Below are positions 63,301-64,000 of a stretch of DNA of 64,000 bases, one piece after another; position 1 is the first letter of the stretch, and each line of letters begins with the position of its first letter. The notes under the pieces are model-generated. The model made no database searches, was not told where the DNA came from, and was given only the letters and a program-made list of their open reading frames with translations. Position numbers and translations under genes: made by a program. The DNA comes from Hydrolagus colliei (taxonomy: Eukaryota). The stretch covers positions 24,552,001 to 24,616,000 of the forward strand of contig CM068746.1 in NCBI GenBank assembly GCA_035084275.1, given 5' to 3'.

Positions 63301-64000
63301 TTTGACCTCGGCAAGCCAGGGGTATTTGATAATGGGGCCTTTCACATGCTGAGCCCTAACACGGTAATGGTAATCGGATTTCAATACAATAATGCAATAT
63401 AATTTACATTTTTATAGCACCTTTCAGGTTGAGAGGACATCTCAAAGCATTTGACACTGCTGCTTGGGCATCTGAGCTGGAGGTGGGAGTTGAGAAGAGT
63501 TATTATCCATTAAAAACAAGCAACAACAAAATTGCTAAATTTACCCATTAAAAAACATTGAGAAGAAAAAGAAAAGGCCCTGTGTATGAATTAGAATCAC
63601 TGGTGGTCAAATTTCTAATACTCAATTTGAAATCTAGTTACCGGTAAATAAAACACACACAATGTGTGTAATGCTTCGGATGACCACTGGGGGCACATAT
63701 TGGCGAATTGAGCAGACTGCCTTGAGCTACCCAGCTACCTGGAGACAGCTTATTTCCCCAGACACTATGTGGTGAAGTGACAGACATGATAAGATGTTTA
63801 TCATGCCCATCATTCCAGCTGGTTTGGAGGGAGGCAAAGTTCACTGCCTGAAACTGAAAATAAAGTGAGAATTGTTTATAGGATTTACAGAGAGAATATT
63901 GCTGCTATACCGCTGGATGTGATACTACTCACGTCTACTGCTTTGTTGATGTGGAGCAGGAAGCTGGACTCAAATTTCTCACGGAGGAGTGTAATTTGTT

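Overview
Eukaryotic (vertebrate) genomic DNA. The repeat repertoire (L2 LINEs with (TTG)n tails, CR1 LINEs, tRNA-headed SINEs with (TTA)n tails, DeuSINE-like relics) suggests a cartilaginous fish, probably a chimaera; this is an inference. Bases 12-11512 (+) hold 13 coding exons of an intact CAND1 (equivalent to human exons 3-15, all GT-AG, phases consistent), followed by its 3' UTR. About 5 kb downstream on the same strand I can assemble an unrecognised gene with 7 coding exons (ATG 17962 to TAA 24706; 2037 nt, 678 aa). All six coding junctions are canonical and phase-compatible, there is a probable non-coding first exon carrying a junction-spanning uORF, and the protein ends in a calcineurin-docking-like motif (VPKITMTCPTP). 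This is the main candidate novelty. The remaining ~39 kb has no supportable protein-coding gene. It contains L2 and CR1 fragments, many SINEs, two ~0.9-kb non-autonomous Tigger/pogo-like DNA transposons (one nested inside a SINE), several perfect inverted repeats and candidate regulatory stretches. No database searches were run; family names come from recalled motifs.
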